Origin: Lingula anatina
Taxonomy: Eukaryota > Animalia > Brachiopoda
Direction of reading: 5' to 3'
Length of the DNA stretch: 64,000 nt
NCBI GenBank assembly: GCA_051362555.1
Contig: CM120640.1
Location: forward strand, 42,572,788-42,636,787
Shown here: piece after piece, positions 1 through 14,395 of the stretch
Position numbering within the stretch: the first letter of the stretch is position 1
Layout of the letters: each line of letters starts with the position of its first letter
Position numbers and translations under genes: made by a program
Notes under the pieces: generated by a model
Seen by the model: only the letters and a program-made list of their open reading frames with translations
Databases searched by the model: none
What the model was told of the DNA's origin: nothing

Positions 1-742
1 ATTGCAAAATACACAAGCACCATTATTCACTAGGTTTGCTGTCCTTTTCATTTCTCTTGAAGAGGTTTGCGGGAAATGAACAGTTATTGATGTTTTTGGG
101 CTAGCTTTTGAAGGTATACTAGACAGGCCTAAATATGATTCATCCATTAAAGGTTGTGATATTTCTGTTGTAAAACATAATACTTCCGTTGTGGAATAAG
201 ATATTTCTATTGACGTCTCTTGTATAATTGTTACCCACAATTTGCCTTCCTTTAAGTTTTGACATTAGGACACCCTCATTGCAGTGGCTAAGAAGCAAAT
301 GTTAAATAGCATATAATATGGCAGTATTATGGCATATTCCATGGAAACTTGACGTCATTAGGTTTTCCTTTCTTTACAATGAGTGCATAACCCAAACATT
401 AGCTTTGTTAATAAGACAATATCTTACATAATTTAGTGTTTACTCCAGAGATTGTTGTATTATTAACCTTTTCAATGGGATTAAGACCTCCCTATATCAT
501 TGAGTGTGTTTCATTTGACATTTTGCACTGGCAAGTACGGATTTTTTCCCTGATGACATAATGATAGATTAAGGGAGGAAATACCTTTCTTTTGCCAAAA
601 ATATATTGATTTTTTTCGCACTACTTTGTCTATAGATATAATTATCTACCATCTGAGATAAAGAAATAAATGCTTTCTTAGTGAAAATGAGATTTTTCTT
701 AATTTTTCTAAATAAATAGGAATATAAAGTTTTTTTCTCTCT

Positions 743-745
<3 letters not shown>

Positions 746-777
<32 letters not shown>
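746..777 (+). repeat. poly-T run preceded by short (CT)n
   Basis: Directly visible homopolymer; source of the poly-K ORFs 569..847 and 646..828. Confidence 0.95.
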
Positions 778-778
<1 letters not shown>

Positions 779-2138
779 TAAGCAGATAAATTCACTTGAT
801 ATTTTACATATTTCATCGTGACTGACACAAAAGAAGCTTAGTTGCAATTTGTCAGTTCTAGCTATGCTGATTAGAGTTAAACCCTTTTCTAATGTGGGAA
901 GGAATTGGAGCTGGTTTTAAACATAATTTGTGGACCAATTATGATTGGATATTGATATTTTTCATGATGATTATTTATGAATATTAGAAGAGCAGAATGG
1001 TATTTTAGTTTTTTTGTTAGCACTTTTATTTAAAAATAATGACCCTCAGTAGTCAGAAACCCACCAAAAAAGCCCAATTTCATGTTTTGCTGCACAGTGC
1101 CATAAGAATTTTATTGATAGCTGCTATGGCAACTTACAAGCCTTGATATCAAAAATGACATTTTACTTTTAAAATGCTGTCATTATGTTATCTTTGAGAT
1201 TGCGGGACAGTATTTTAGAAATAAAATCTATAAATAATATATGATCATATCTTTTTGAATCATTTGCACTGCACATGGTAACGGTAGTTTTGTGACTGCC
1301 TGTGAAATGACTTATACCCCCCCCCTTTAATTCAGTAGTATAATTCATAAAAGCTAGTGTCTCTTTACGTGGATCGAAGTACACTTAGTTATCTTCTAGT
1401 CAATTTAGTGCCTTTTAGTTAATATGTATCTGAATGTATTTAAGATAATGTAATTTTCAAGATTATATTCCAGATTAACGTTCATTCTCCATGTCAAGCA
1501 AATTAATTTATCGTAATACATTGATGCCAGGAACTCATATTAAGCTAGGACCCATCATGCTAGTTTGATAGGTCCTTGTATTGGGTAGGCAAAAAAAAGG
1601 GGATTCCTCTGAGTTTCTATCCTGATATCTGTGACAGACCTAATGATACCGGTGGTGTTACTGAGATCGACAGCAATTAGTTGCCAGTTGGGTTATGAGG
1701 GATAACCATGTATTTGAAATCAATCAACAGAGAATCTGTAGGTCTTCTTTCTCATGAGAGCTGCCGTGTTAAGAACACAGTCACTACTAGCTTGTGAAGA
1801 GGACATTGGCATTTTTATTAAGACAGAGTTTTGAGATTAAAGGTTTGCCTGTATCGCAAATTTGATCTTCAGAATAAATTTTATCTTAGTATGTGTAGAA
1901 CAGAATGGTAACTGTTTCAGAGTTTTTTCAACTGCTTTTCATGACAAAAAATTGTGAGGACTTTTGCCATGAGCTTTTGGCCATGCATTGTGCCTTGCTC
2001 ATATGACTTATGGAATGAATGATTTCATGGTGGAAATTGAAAAATTCTGCCCTTCGTCTGTCTAATGGTGAGGGTTGTACATGATCAGTAACTGGGACCT
2101 TCCCCCATGCAACTTTAAGGCCTCATAAACAAAATAGC

Positions 2139-2177
2139 TGTTCACGATCTCAAGCCTCAGGTTTGTGATCGTGAACA
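2139..2177. repeat. Near-perfect 39-bp palindrome, probably the centre of a degraded foldback element
   Basis: TGTTCACGATC (2139-2149) pairs perfectly with GATCGTGAACA (2167-2177); inner TCAAGCCT/AGGTTTGT pairs with one mismatch and one G-T. Confidence 0.75.
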
Positions 2178-5100
2178 CCAAATTAATAACTCAAAATGCC
2201 ATTTTATGGTGCAGACGTAAAAATAGTGGATGTGAGCAACAGCGAATTAATCCAGTTACTATTCCATGCAATATGTTCTGTATGTGCTGAAGATTGTTAA
2301 GAGAACATATTGAAAATAGTTCGGGGTTGAGAAGAAGAAGCCATATGTAAAAGCAGGAGACATGGTTGAAAGCTTGTCAAATTGTTCACACTCTCTTATG
2401 TGATGCTTGCAACCACTATTTATGTTTGGACCATGAAATGTGGTTTGAGTTGTCAATTCTTAAATCATTGTCTCGAGTTCACATATGGCAATTATCTTTT
2501 GTGAGGCTTGTCCCTCATGAAATCACTGTTTCTACATCTGATGTGGATCATTATTCTTAGAAATAATGTAGAAAAAACTTTCTCAAGTTTTAAATGGTGG
2601 TCATCAGTTTTTATTCTTTGAAATACATAATCACCACAATGAAATTTCCACAGAGCAGGCACTGTTGGATTCTGCATGGAAGCAGAAATTCTCAGACGCT
2701 TTCTGAAAACCTGGATTCACAAATTTGTTTGTAAACTGTCATTTCTCCCGTAAATGAAAAAGGCACCTTCTAGATGGGATTCATATTTTCTGCAGATTTT
2801 CTTCACACACTACTTACATCAATTCTACTGACATTTCCCATCCTAAATTGCTTTTTCTCTTCACTATAGCTATAGTTCTTGGAATAATTCTTTAAAAAAT
2901 TGATGGATATTTGGACTCTTTGTTTTCTTTATATCTCATGGGAAATATCCTCAGATAAAGAACACATACAAGTGGCCAGGATGTTATCATCACAGTGAGG
3001 GTAGGTCTTCTGTGGTGTTATCATGAAATACATGTCTGGCCCTTCCAGTTACTTTATTTCTGCATAATGTCTACTTTATATATAACCATATTCTTGCTCA
3101 GATATTGAAAGATTTTGTTTTTCAAAGTTTGGCATTCTAGAAATGTGACCATTTGTACTTTAGTGAATTTTTTTTTATCCAATATGAGACTTCTATTTTT
3201 TTTTAACATTGTGATTTTTATGCTTAATTTTACTAAATACAAATACAAAAACATCTCATCAACTATGGCTTTGAAAAAGGGGTGAGTTTTGATCATATTT
3301 GTTTCCATTAAATTACACATTCTTTTATGAATATAAAATGATATGGTAGATATAATTAAGAATGTTTCTCTCACCATCAGTATTAAAAACTGAAGAATTT
3401 TATTAGTTTCTAGAAGTTACATGTGAACTGAAACATCTGTTTCATATGTAATCTTGGCCAGTATGCCCAAAGCTTATTTGCAAACTCTAAATAGGTGTGA
3501 AAGCACCCACATATTGTTAATTTTTTCAATAAATCTTTAGAATACAAACATGTTTCATGCTTATTACATTACCGAGTACAAACTTTATCCAGTTAAATAT
3601 TTATGATTAAGAATGGATCAGTTTTTAATGTATGTCTTACAGTCCAATTTATAAGACTGCACAGGACCAAGAATGACATGTAATGAAATGATGGTACTGT
3701 ATGTTTTTGGCACACACTCTCATTAGTCTTTTTTTGATGGTGATCACTGTTTCATTCTATCCAGAATTATTTGAATTACACTTCACCTTTAGTAGATAAA
3801 TTACCTATTAGAAAGATGGTGATATCTCTTTGACTGCCATGGCTATATAGGATGCATGACAGCACATTCAGTAACTGGAACTCCACAAAGTTATTAGGGA
3901 TTTCAGACTTAACATGCAATATTCATACTCCCAAAAAGAGAGTAGCTCCCTCTTGTATAGAAAATGAAGGAAACAAGGTCTGCTGCATTAGTCTAACCGC
4001 GCAATTCCAGAACCATGCAACTTCAAAAGAGACCGTCATGTTTTATCGTGCTTTGCAGAGAAGGAAAGATATTGCCTTTTGGGTAATATGAAAGAGTCTG
4101 GGGATTACATTCTTGGTATGTTTGCAGTGGGAAACTACATTTGGGATTTGATTTAAAACAACCTTTGAGAATTTTTAAAGACTAAATTTGCATATTGGTA
4201 TCCATTTATCACTAAATACAAAACCAGTTGTAAGCTGCCAAAGAAACTTAAAAAGATAAGAGTAAAATTAAGAAAAATAACCCATGTGTAAGTTCGTACA
4301 ACTAGAATGCTCTGTTATCTACAGGTTGCTTTTGTTGCATTAGAGAAAAAGACAGTATTGTTACTCATTCATTTTTCTACATAAAACCTTTTTCTGTTGC
4401 TTTTGTTCTTTATCTTTTGTGTTACCATACGTAAGTATAGAAAGAAGAATGATATATACTCACAGGAATAGCATGTCTACCCCTTGCTGTTACTAACTCT
4501 GAACTTTTCAGCTCCATGATTGATTACATGACTGCAGTAATGTGAAATTAAAAAAGAAGGCTTTTCACGTATAGTTAGATTCATAACATTGTGCTGCGAT
4601 CTGTCAATATGCCGATGATGGTAATTATTATTAATTGCCACAAAGCATGCTCAAATTAATTGGTGCTCTTATTGAGCAAATGGTCGGTGTATGTTACGGA
4701 CATATCTTTCACTTTCTACAAGACAAATCACTGAAAGTTGTGTTTCAAGTACAACTCACACACTGTTACTTCTCATAAGAATGTTCACTATGTTGCATAT
4801 GCGAAAAGAAATAGCTGCCCATTGTCAGCGTTACCACATTATTACGGTATGTTCTACTACTCAGCTTTTTTATCCATAATTTCAAGACCTTATCTGACAT
4901 CTAGTTTGAGATAACTTACCTGATTCAGTCAAATTTGTTTCATCAGAAAGCATTGGCAGCATACATAATTGAAAGAAATAAGTTTATCATTTTCCTACCT
5001 TGATATGTTGACACGAAGAAATGATTAAGTGATTTTTTAAGCAGTATTTTCAAACTGTGTACTTACACTGTGTTGTATGAGGTAACCTTAGTTGATGAAT

Positions 5101-8100
5101 TGGTAGCACAAGTGCAATGAGTCGATTGCAATGCTGAAAAAGGCACACGCAGATCATATTCTCATACTGCAGTAGAACTAACAAAACACTGCATGTCTCT
5201 TTAATTTTTGATATTATTTGTCTAAAATTTAGACTTTTTATTTATTTTACATTTTTATCAATAGTGTAACTCTGTGGGATATCAGGTGTGGTGTCTGTTG
5301 AGTTAGCAACAAAACCACACATTATTGTAGAAAGTTTTTGTGGGAGGAGGATGGGATGGATGCCAAATACATTCTTCATAAAGACAGATGCTGGTAAAAT
5401 CTGCTTCAACTCATTTTCTCTATGTGTGATTGCATCCAGACCATTTATCAGGTCTTTTTATTTGTTCTTCAGCATAAATCCACTTAATTAAGAAATGAAA
5501 AGTCCACTTTGTATGAATTGAATTAAATATCAAATTTTACAACATCGTTGCTATAATGAGGGGGACTTGGTCTAAAGTGAGTGTCATTGACATCTGATCA
5601 TGTGCCAGTTGCATGATCTGGAATACGTATTGCTGAAGTACCAGTAATGTTTTTGAGCCATGCAGTGGTTATGTGAGTGTGACCAGTTGGCATGCAATAA
5701 TCAAATGACATCTTGGCATTCAAGGTAAATGTGACTGCCCAAATGAGGAAATATAAATTTATTTACTTCTTTTTCCGTACAAGTTCGAATGCAGGGATCA
5801 CTCGGTGCAGTAGATACAGCCGTTTGGAGTCATGTACTCGCAGAAAGTGCGTCATTTGTGGACAGTGAAATTATTTTGTCTTGGGGGCCTATTGTCTATA
5901 ATGAATTTGGGCTGTGTACAAGAAAATTGTTCACAGAAATGTCCAACTGCCTCAGGTACCAAGAACTTTGATTAATCTGAGGAGTGGGAGAGACTTTCTG
6001 GAAAGATCCACAGAAAATATAGATATGTAATTAACCTAAAATGATGCACATAATCAATTCAGATTTGTGTCTTCTTTGAAATAGAAATGTTGATAAAGTG
6101 CACAATATTTCACCTACAGGCAATGTAATGTGGTTAACAAGTACATTCATCTTAAAGTAGTTGTGAAATATTTAACTTTGTTATCTAATGCATATGTAAA
6201 AGGTACTAATAAATTTTGTATTTATTTATTTATTTTTATTCATTTATTTATTTTTTAATGGGTAAAGTAGGGACAATTTTAAGGGAACTAAAAACTACCC
6301 AGAGGATTAAATCATTTGTAAGTTTGGGAATAAGGAACTGGAATTGGGGGGGGGGGGGTTACACTCCTGTTAATGTATACCTACGTTGTACATCCGCTTG
6401 CACAGTCATTTTTAATCAGAGGTTCTATACAATCTGAACAATCTGAGCTTTACAGTTTTGTATTTCAGGTCGAGGTAGGAAATTATCCAGTTATATTACT
6501 GTTAAAAGTCAATGCCCAGTGTTCCTCCTTGGTGCATTAATAAAACTGTCTTATCAAACCTCTCTGGAGAGACAGAACTGACAGAGGCAAAGCAGAGATG
6601 TACAAACTCTGTAGATATGAACTGTATTGTATGGATTGTTTCTAGTCAAGTTTGCCGCAGATATGGTACAACAAGTCAAGTGTTATGTTAATCCTTGGTT
6701 GAGAGATTTCATTTAGTTTTGAGCATTTTGTTTTCATTTGTGGGCGTGTACATGTGCTCCTGCCGATGTGTGTTTGTTAACTAAAAAAAGTGCTATCTCT
6801 TATTGCTGACCCTTCATTTATTCACATTAGAGTTCTTTTTCCAAAAGAAACTTCCAGATTCTGTTATTTTTATACGGAAACTCCAAGATAACATGCCGAC
6901 CAACCCAGTGGGCTCTGCTTAATTTAAGTGTGATGCAGGGTTTCTGCATGTTTGGTTTGGTTTTCTCTTGTTGCTGCTAAACATCTAACGATTTCATGAA
7001 CATCTTTGAGTCTGGTCAAAGAGAGATTTCAGCAACATTTGGCAGAAGTAATGTCAGGGGAGCCTGTTTCTGGAAATTTTCCGAGATGTTTACAATAAAT
7101 ATAGGTAATCAGTATATGGAAGGTTTTTTTTTCTAAAAAATGTTTTTAGAAAGAAACAGATAAATTTTAAAAAATTAAGTCAGTTGTGCTAGTTTAAAGG
7201 TATGCCTTTCTGAACTTTTTCTGCTCCAGTGATTCAAGATATGGCAGTAAATTTGAGTAGATACCTAGAGTGTGGCATTTCCCGAAGTGTTTTCTTTCCT
7301 GGATCTGTAAGTTAAGCAAAAAGATGAGGACAAATGCTGCACTGTTCCGATTACTAGGAATTTTTACACTTGAGACTGCCATGATTGTTTTCAGAAAAAA
7401 ATCATTTGTTAACAAAAAAAGTCTTGTCCCAGGTGAAGGATTTACTATAATTTCAATTAGAGATAACATGTCTGAGTTTCTCATTATATATAAGGTGGAA
7501 CAGAGAAGTATTTTTAGAATAATGTATGGATTATGCACTCATAAATGGCAGTTTGGAATCTGATTCAAAAATAATGACAGAGAAGTGTGTCTGGCATATG
7601 TTTAATACATTCCTTCCTCAAACTTTCTTTTCATTGGCAAAAAGGATAAATGGAATTGAGAATATTACATCTTCCACATTCAGGAAAATAAATACTTGAA
7701 ACCAAAGTTAAATAAATAACACCATAATACCATCAGTTGCTATTATTCAACTAAACATTTGTGATTATTTAAAGACCTGCTGCAAGGTGTTAATGGAAAG
7801 TAACAGTGATGTAACTATAACAGCAGGTAAAACATGCTGTTCTTGAAGCCTTTCCAATATTTCATCATCTCATTCATATTTTTAGCAGAGGGCTTCCTAT
7901 ATATCAATAGTATAAGACTTGATAAATGTATATGTTTGATGTATAAATATCAGTGAATTTTTAAAAAAATATATGCAATAATTTAGAAATTATGGTTTGA
8001 TTATGCTTACATCTTTACAGTTAATATTTAGATTAAAGCATTATCTTTTTTCATTGAAACTTTGCATTATTTGTTTTTTCCCATTGATTGTGCCCCTCCC

Positions 8101-11100
8101 CCTTCTACCTTTTTCTGTTGAAAGGCACTAGTTCAAGATTGGCATGTGTTATATTAGGATAGAATTCTGGAAGAGAAGGAGTTATCTGAATGTAAATGTT
8201 AATGTGCTTGTGTATCAGTTTGTCATGGTTTCTTAAAGATACATATGAAGCTAGAATAAATGCCCTGTAACATATATAAATTATTAGTACTAGTTCCTTA
8301 CATTTACACAAATAAAATCTTCATGCCAAAAAAACAACCAAAATTAATCTTTCAAGCAGCAGAAAAAGAAGACTTTCAAACTGCACTTTCTGCAAATATC
8401 TTGATATATATTGACCCACGTATTACCCCCAATCTGTAAAGCACATAAAGTAAGCAGAAAATATTGGAACAAATGCAATTTTTTATGAAACAATGTGTTT
8501 GTATCCTACAATTAAAAACTTTTTGGTGGTGTTAAAATGGGTTAAGCACCAATAATTTGACAGAGGTACTCACTCTATATACATGTTTAATATGTTCCTA
8601 ATTCAGATAGATAAGTATAAAGTACACCTGCAACTGGGTATACATGAATTATATATGTCATTTAAGTTGTTTCTGTTGATGTACAAATATATCATATATG
8701 TAAACTGTCAAATGTTACATATCGATTATTATATAAAGTAACCCTTTTATCTGACAGCAAATGACCAAAAACATTTGCCATTTAGCATAAAGTACAGTTT
8801 GAAAAAAAAAAACAAAGTTCTATCCTACCTGCAGTGAACTTTTTCTGAGCTGCTTTTATAAAGAAAAGTCCTCAGTTTTGTTTCAACAGTTTTGCTACTG
8901 AAAGCCTGTTTCTGTGTGTGTATTGAATATCGCCTTTACTACTAAACTTCTGTTCAGTTGTTTCCTGATGTCTCCCTGTCTTTGTAGCGTAATGGAATCA
9001 TTGATCAGGAACTGTCTTGGGAAAACTATCCAGCTGCTTTAATTGAATGCGACTTCTCCAATGTGAAGATGTATAGTTAAGTCAGAAATACTTTTCTTCG
9101 AGCCAGCATGTTGTTCCTATGAGCTTATTGTCATCTATCAAGTTTTTACTACAGAACATGCAAGCTTATATATATATATATACCCTGTGCCTTGCTTCAG
9201 GAGGCTTACAAGTATTTGGTTTGAAACCAAGCTTTTTGTAAGCAGTTCTCCTTCAAATCTATTGGATGACATCACAGTGAACCTCAACCAATCACTTTGC
9301 TCTGCTTGTCTAAGATTGTGTTAAGTAGTGTCCAGAACCGATAACTTGAAAAGAAATATTTTCATTCTCATGGAATAACACACCTGCATGTAATATTTCA
9401 AGGCAAACATATCAGACATTAATTATTTACACTTACGAAAGTAACACTGTGGTAATTTGACTGCCAGTTTATCTGATCTCATTAAGGTAAAAAGGCCAAA
9501 AAAAAAAGATAAATGTATTAACACTCTTTATATACAGTTGAGTGAACATTGTGTTTTAGGTGTTGGTTATTGATGCCACAAGCATTTATGTGAATTAGAA
9601 GCATTTTGTGCAGTGAAGTGTCTCTTTTGGGAGAGCTGCAGTTCTGTATTAATGACTTCCCACTGCTCTCTGCTGTCCCTACCTAGGGTTACTGTGAACA
9701 CTGACTATACTCAACAGGGGCTCCTGTTATTTTTGTATGTTTGGCCCCTATTAATTCCAAACTGGCATTGTTATGGTTCCTGGCAGTGTTCCAGGGCAAG
9801 TAAGACTAGGTGAAAGTGTTAAAGAATAAGTTGTAGAAACATAATAAAAAAGCTTCATTAGATACAGTAGAAAAACATGTTCACACTTTCTGCAGGAATC
9901 CTATCTTTTACCATTGTATGGCCTCGGCTTCCTTGAAATGGTTTTGAAAACATTTATGTTTCTAGGAATTAAATAGCTCAAACAATATATGGGAATTCAA
10001 ATTTACGTTTTCACTCTTACAGTCACTTTTGGCAGATAAAGAAAACAAAGAAATAAAAGATGACATTTAAAGGAGTTTGGATAATAACCACAAAAGCGTT
10101 TTTTTTTAAAACAAGATTGAAAATGTTAGAGTAATATGCATTTTCTAGAAGCTTTAACACGCTTTTTACAAAAAAATACTACTTGGCAAATTGCAAGAGG
10201 CCAGTATGTTACACCTTAATTTATTTATCCTTATTTTAAGAAAGATCTTATCTTTGTCGATGAAGGCAATGGAAATACACCCTCATGTCATGCCTGATTT
10301 ACTACTGCCCACACACATACAAAATTACTTTTAGTTCCACTGCAACATCTCCTATTTTCATACACACACTTTACTTCATATCTGTTTCAAATGAGATATC
10401 TGGAGTTCCAGGTTTCATGTTATCTGAGCCACTCATAAGTATGAACTACTGCTGCTACAGCACACCTTTCCCTCTGTTAAGACACATAAAGGAACTTTAT
10501 TGAAATCAATCACTTGACAAGCAACAACTTGGTGATGATTTCCTTACTGCTTTATTGGAGTTTTATGATATCTGGCCTGCTTAACAAATCCATAACAGTG
10601 TTCAGGGAAACTGTTATCGAAATGACATTTTGAGGACGTTCACCACTTTTCTCGAAAAGCTAAAAAACCTGTTCATATATATGATAATGTATTTTTTATT
10701 TTTACCTTTGAATTTACAATAAAAATCCTAGACAGGTGAATTGGGTATACATAGATGTATTAAATGATTTCATTGAGATATTGTTTCTTTTGTTTGCGTA
10801 AGTTCATTTCACAAAAATACACTCATCTGAATCTAATCAAGAGGGAGACAATTATCTCTATTTTTTTGCTTTAATTTTCATTATGAAACCTTGATTGTAA
10901 AGGCAGACTTGGCAAAAGGAGATGAATTTTTTATCAACCATTGAGGTTGTCATTGATGTTCTGCAGTAGATGGTAAAATGTTTCAACTTCTGCCCTTGTG
11001 TTTTTTCTTTGTCTAGGCTGATGGATGGCCTTGAGAAAAGACATGAATAGACCTTCCAGGTGTTTCCAAGGCATATATTCATGTAAAGTTTCACACAATA

Positions 11101-11852
11101 AGACAGACGTCAATGCAACATGTTATGCTTAGAAAACAGTTTTAAATTGTGCCAAATAATACACATGGCACAGCCCATTAATATTACAGTCACTGTGAAT
11201 CTCTTTTCAACTCTTCTACCTGCATAACATGCCTCACAGATACTAACATGTATATACAAGGTAAATGTTTCACACTCAGCCTATTTAGTAACCACCATAA
11301 GAAATGTTTTTATGATCTCTATCTGGAGAGTATAATTTTTATTTCCTGTTTTTGCCTTCTAAGTTGGTTTTCTTCTTTCTACACAGCCTTGAGAATGAAA
11401 ACACTTTTTTCCTATAGCACATTTCAGACCAAGAGACAAACAAGGACAAATTGCAACATGGATTATTAATATATTAATTAAAAAAGGATCAGTCCAGATC
11501 ATATGGGATAATAGAAGCTTAATGAAGAGTATATCCCTGCAGCACCTTGTCTTAATTCATTTTTCCAAGTAGAGTTTCTTATCACTGTTGGAGCTGGAAG
11601 ATTGTCCATAATTACCTTTGTTTAACATGGCTCACAATGTTTTCAGTGGCATGATAAACATCCCAGAGGGATCTCGTCTGCTTACGTGTTTCATGACATG
11701 ATATAATTGCTTCAAATTTTCAAATGCCTATCTCAGATATTTTAGTTTTTCAAGATTTATCATGGTCGGACACTGACTTTTGTATTATGTGACATACACA
11801 AAGCCAACAGACTTTTCAGAAGTTTTCATATAATATTTTTAAGCATAACTAA

Positions 11853-12154
11853 GATCGCATTCACAACGAGTTGAGCCATGGCTTTACAAATCCTGGAACT
11901 AAATATGGTGGATGCACATGAAAGAAAAACCGCCTAATCTTTTAATAGTCTCTCCGCCCCTCACATGCCTCCCCATGTGGGGTCCCAATGGAGCCGAGAT
12001 TTGATGACCGTACCCTTGCAGGGACGATGCATGGGGAGGCGTGTGAGAGGCGGAGAGACTATTAAAAGATTAGGCGGTTTTTCTTTCATGTACGTCCGCC
12101 ATATTTAGTTCCAGGATTTGTAAAGCAATGGCTCAACTTGTTGTGAATGCGATC
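11853..12154. mobile_element. Foldback MITE, PIF/Harbinger-like, relatively young
   Basis: 128-nt arms including flanks (11850-11977, 12030-12157) with 7 mismatches by manual alignment; termini GATCGCATTCACAAC; flanks TAA and TTA (TWA-like, or a TA duplication if the TIR starts one base further out). Confidence 0.92.
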
Positions 12155-14395
12155 TTACAAAAAAATCTCCTTTGGGGGACAGGGGGTTAGAAATGATTAA
12201 CTCATGTTGTACTTTATTGAGTGATTGCAGTATAAGCATTCAACACATACTAACACCTCCCTTAATTCCTCTTCAGAAACAGGAGGTGCTAATGTATCTA
12301 GCAATACTCATATATACTTGACACCTACACTCTATCACAATAGATATGGTTGATTATCTGAATAGTTTCAAACAGGAATGGGTTTGCGGTGGTGATATAC
12401 TGTTACAAGATTGCTTTTGCACAGTTTGCAAATATGAGTATTCTTTATGTCAGAATTATGAATTGCTGTCAAGTTTTTTATGAAGTTAGAATATTGAGAG
12501 ATGACTTAAACTATATCACACAGCAAGAAATAGGAAGAAATATTAATAAATCAGTTGAAATATTTATTAGTTATCAAATTGAAATTAACAAGAAAGCAAT
12601 GGATAGATATTTCAATAGGTTTTATTTTGTTTTACATTTTATTTTAGAATTAAGTTGCAGTTATTTCTTTGGTTAACTGCATAGCGTAATTTTGAAGTTC
12701 AGTCATATATATTATGTGGGTTTTTGTTGTTACAGATTGTGTAAAGGCAAGTCATGTATCTTTCAAGCGGATTTACTTGTCTCTAGTTACTAGGCTAATC
12801 AGCAAATATCTTTATTATAAGTGAAAAAATAAATTCAGTTCCTACTTTCTGTAAAAAAAAGGAAAAATAGAAAACTAGTATTATATTAGGAAATCAGCAT
12901 GTGGTATGGATGAAATTGAAAGAATGAATGAAGTGGAACAAATAGATACCATACTTGGTAGATTCCATGTGAAATAACCAAAATAACCATCTGTCATTCT
13001 TTGCCTGTTGCAGCTTATAATACATTAACATTGGATTTTGATATTTGTGTTTATTTATTCATGTGTGTCCCTTTCACCTCAGTTCACCAACCAAGAGCAT
13101 GGTCTTAGATAATCAGATTTTAGCCAAAAACATTGGTTGATCTAATCAACATAACAGACTAACAAGGCAGTGGTGCCAATTGATTCTGAACACATATTTT
13201 GTCAGGCAAATGCAGCATTTCAACAGAAGAAAAGATGGAGTAAGGTTTTCCACATGTGGTTGTATTTAATCCAAAATGTTGTTAAGATGATTTCTGAGTA
13301 ATGTATTAAAAAGAAATCAGGAAAGATTGGCCATGACATATGTGTGTTGGAAAATAATATTCCTAATGGTAATGTGAATTTTTATTAAAAAAAAAGATTT
13401 TGTTTCTTAGAACGAAAATAATGGAATATGGCAGATGTTTTAATGATATTACATCAATGTCCTTCAGTTTATTAAAAAAATATAGCTTTCATTAAATTTA
13501 TAGTGATATATAAATGTTCTTTAAATTTTTTTCAACATTCCATTTTAACAAGTCATCTGATTGTTGTCTCTCTACAGCTACACTACAACACAGCCATACA
13601 TAGCTTATCTTCCTGTCCATTTGCTGCAATTTGACTACCATGTGCTTTGGCTCCAAAAGACTTGTTTTGTCCAGGTGCATTCTTGATACCGATGCATCCT
13701 GCAGGGCATGGTTTAAAATTTGTGCATGTGCTATATCTATGGTGGTCTTGAATGACATATCATCTCTCAGTGGGACGTAGTTTTTATTCACACAAATTGG
13801 GTGTGGTCTCTTCGGGATTCGTTGTGATTCATTGCGTTTGATAAAAGGGTAGGTTTCCCTATTTAATCCTATGGTCATGCTCTACTAAAACTGAAGGATA
13901 CAGAACTACATGAATATCTCCTCTACCAGAGTCCACAGAATGAAAACTGTTTTGTCTGCTTGTAAGAAAAAAAAGCTTTACCATGCTCATCAGGGTATTT
14001 TCCAGTCAGCCTCTTCCTTCTATACATCGTTCAGACAGAGCAACCATCCAAACATCATTAACCAGCCTGCTATCCTATCTTTGAAGTTATCTTTCAAATC
14101 AAATTCATAAAGTCTATCAGGCTCCAGTGATTTAAAGCTGAGACTGTAAGATAACTGGCTAATGTAATTGTTTTTAGTTTCTACTCTTATGATTGAAGAC
14201 TTTTTGATATAATATGCATTATTTTACGAGGAATGTATGACTTGTTTCTTCTTTCAATGATTTTCTTATAGTTGCTTTAATTGTGCAGTCAGTCAGCAAG
14301 TTGAATGGAAAAGAAATGTAGTGAGACCTATTCCCAAGGTGCATGCTGCCACTCCAGTGGGAACTGACCACACAAGTTCAATTCTTCTGCCTGAC

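Noticed and set aside
569-847. Lys-rich ORFs
   Set aside because: Produced by reading the poly-T run on the minus strand.
13498-14110. 126-aa and 66-aa ORFs as gene or retroelement relic
   Set aside because: No recognisable motif or splice structure; lengths are compatible with chance.
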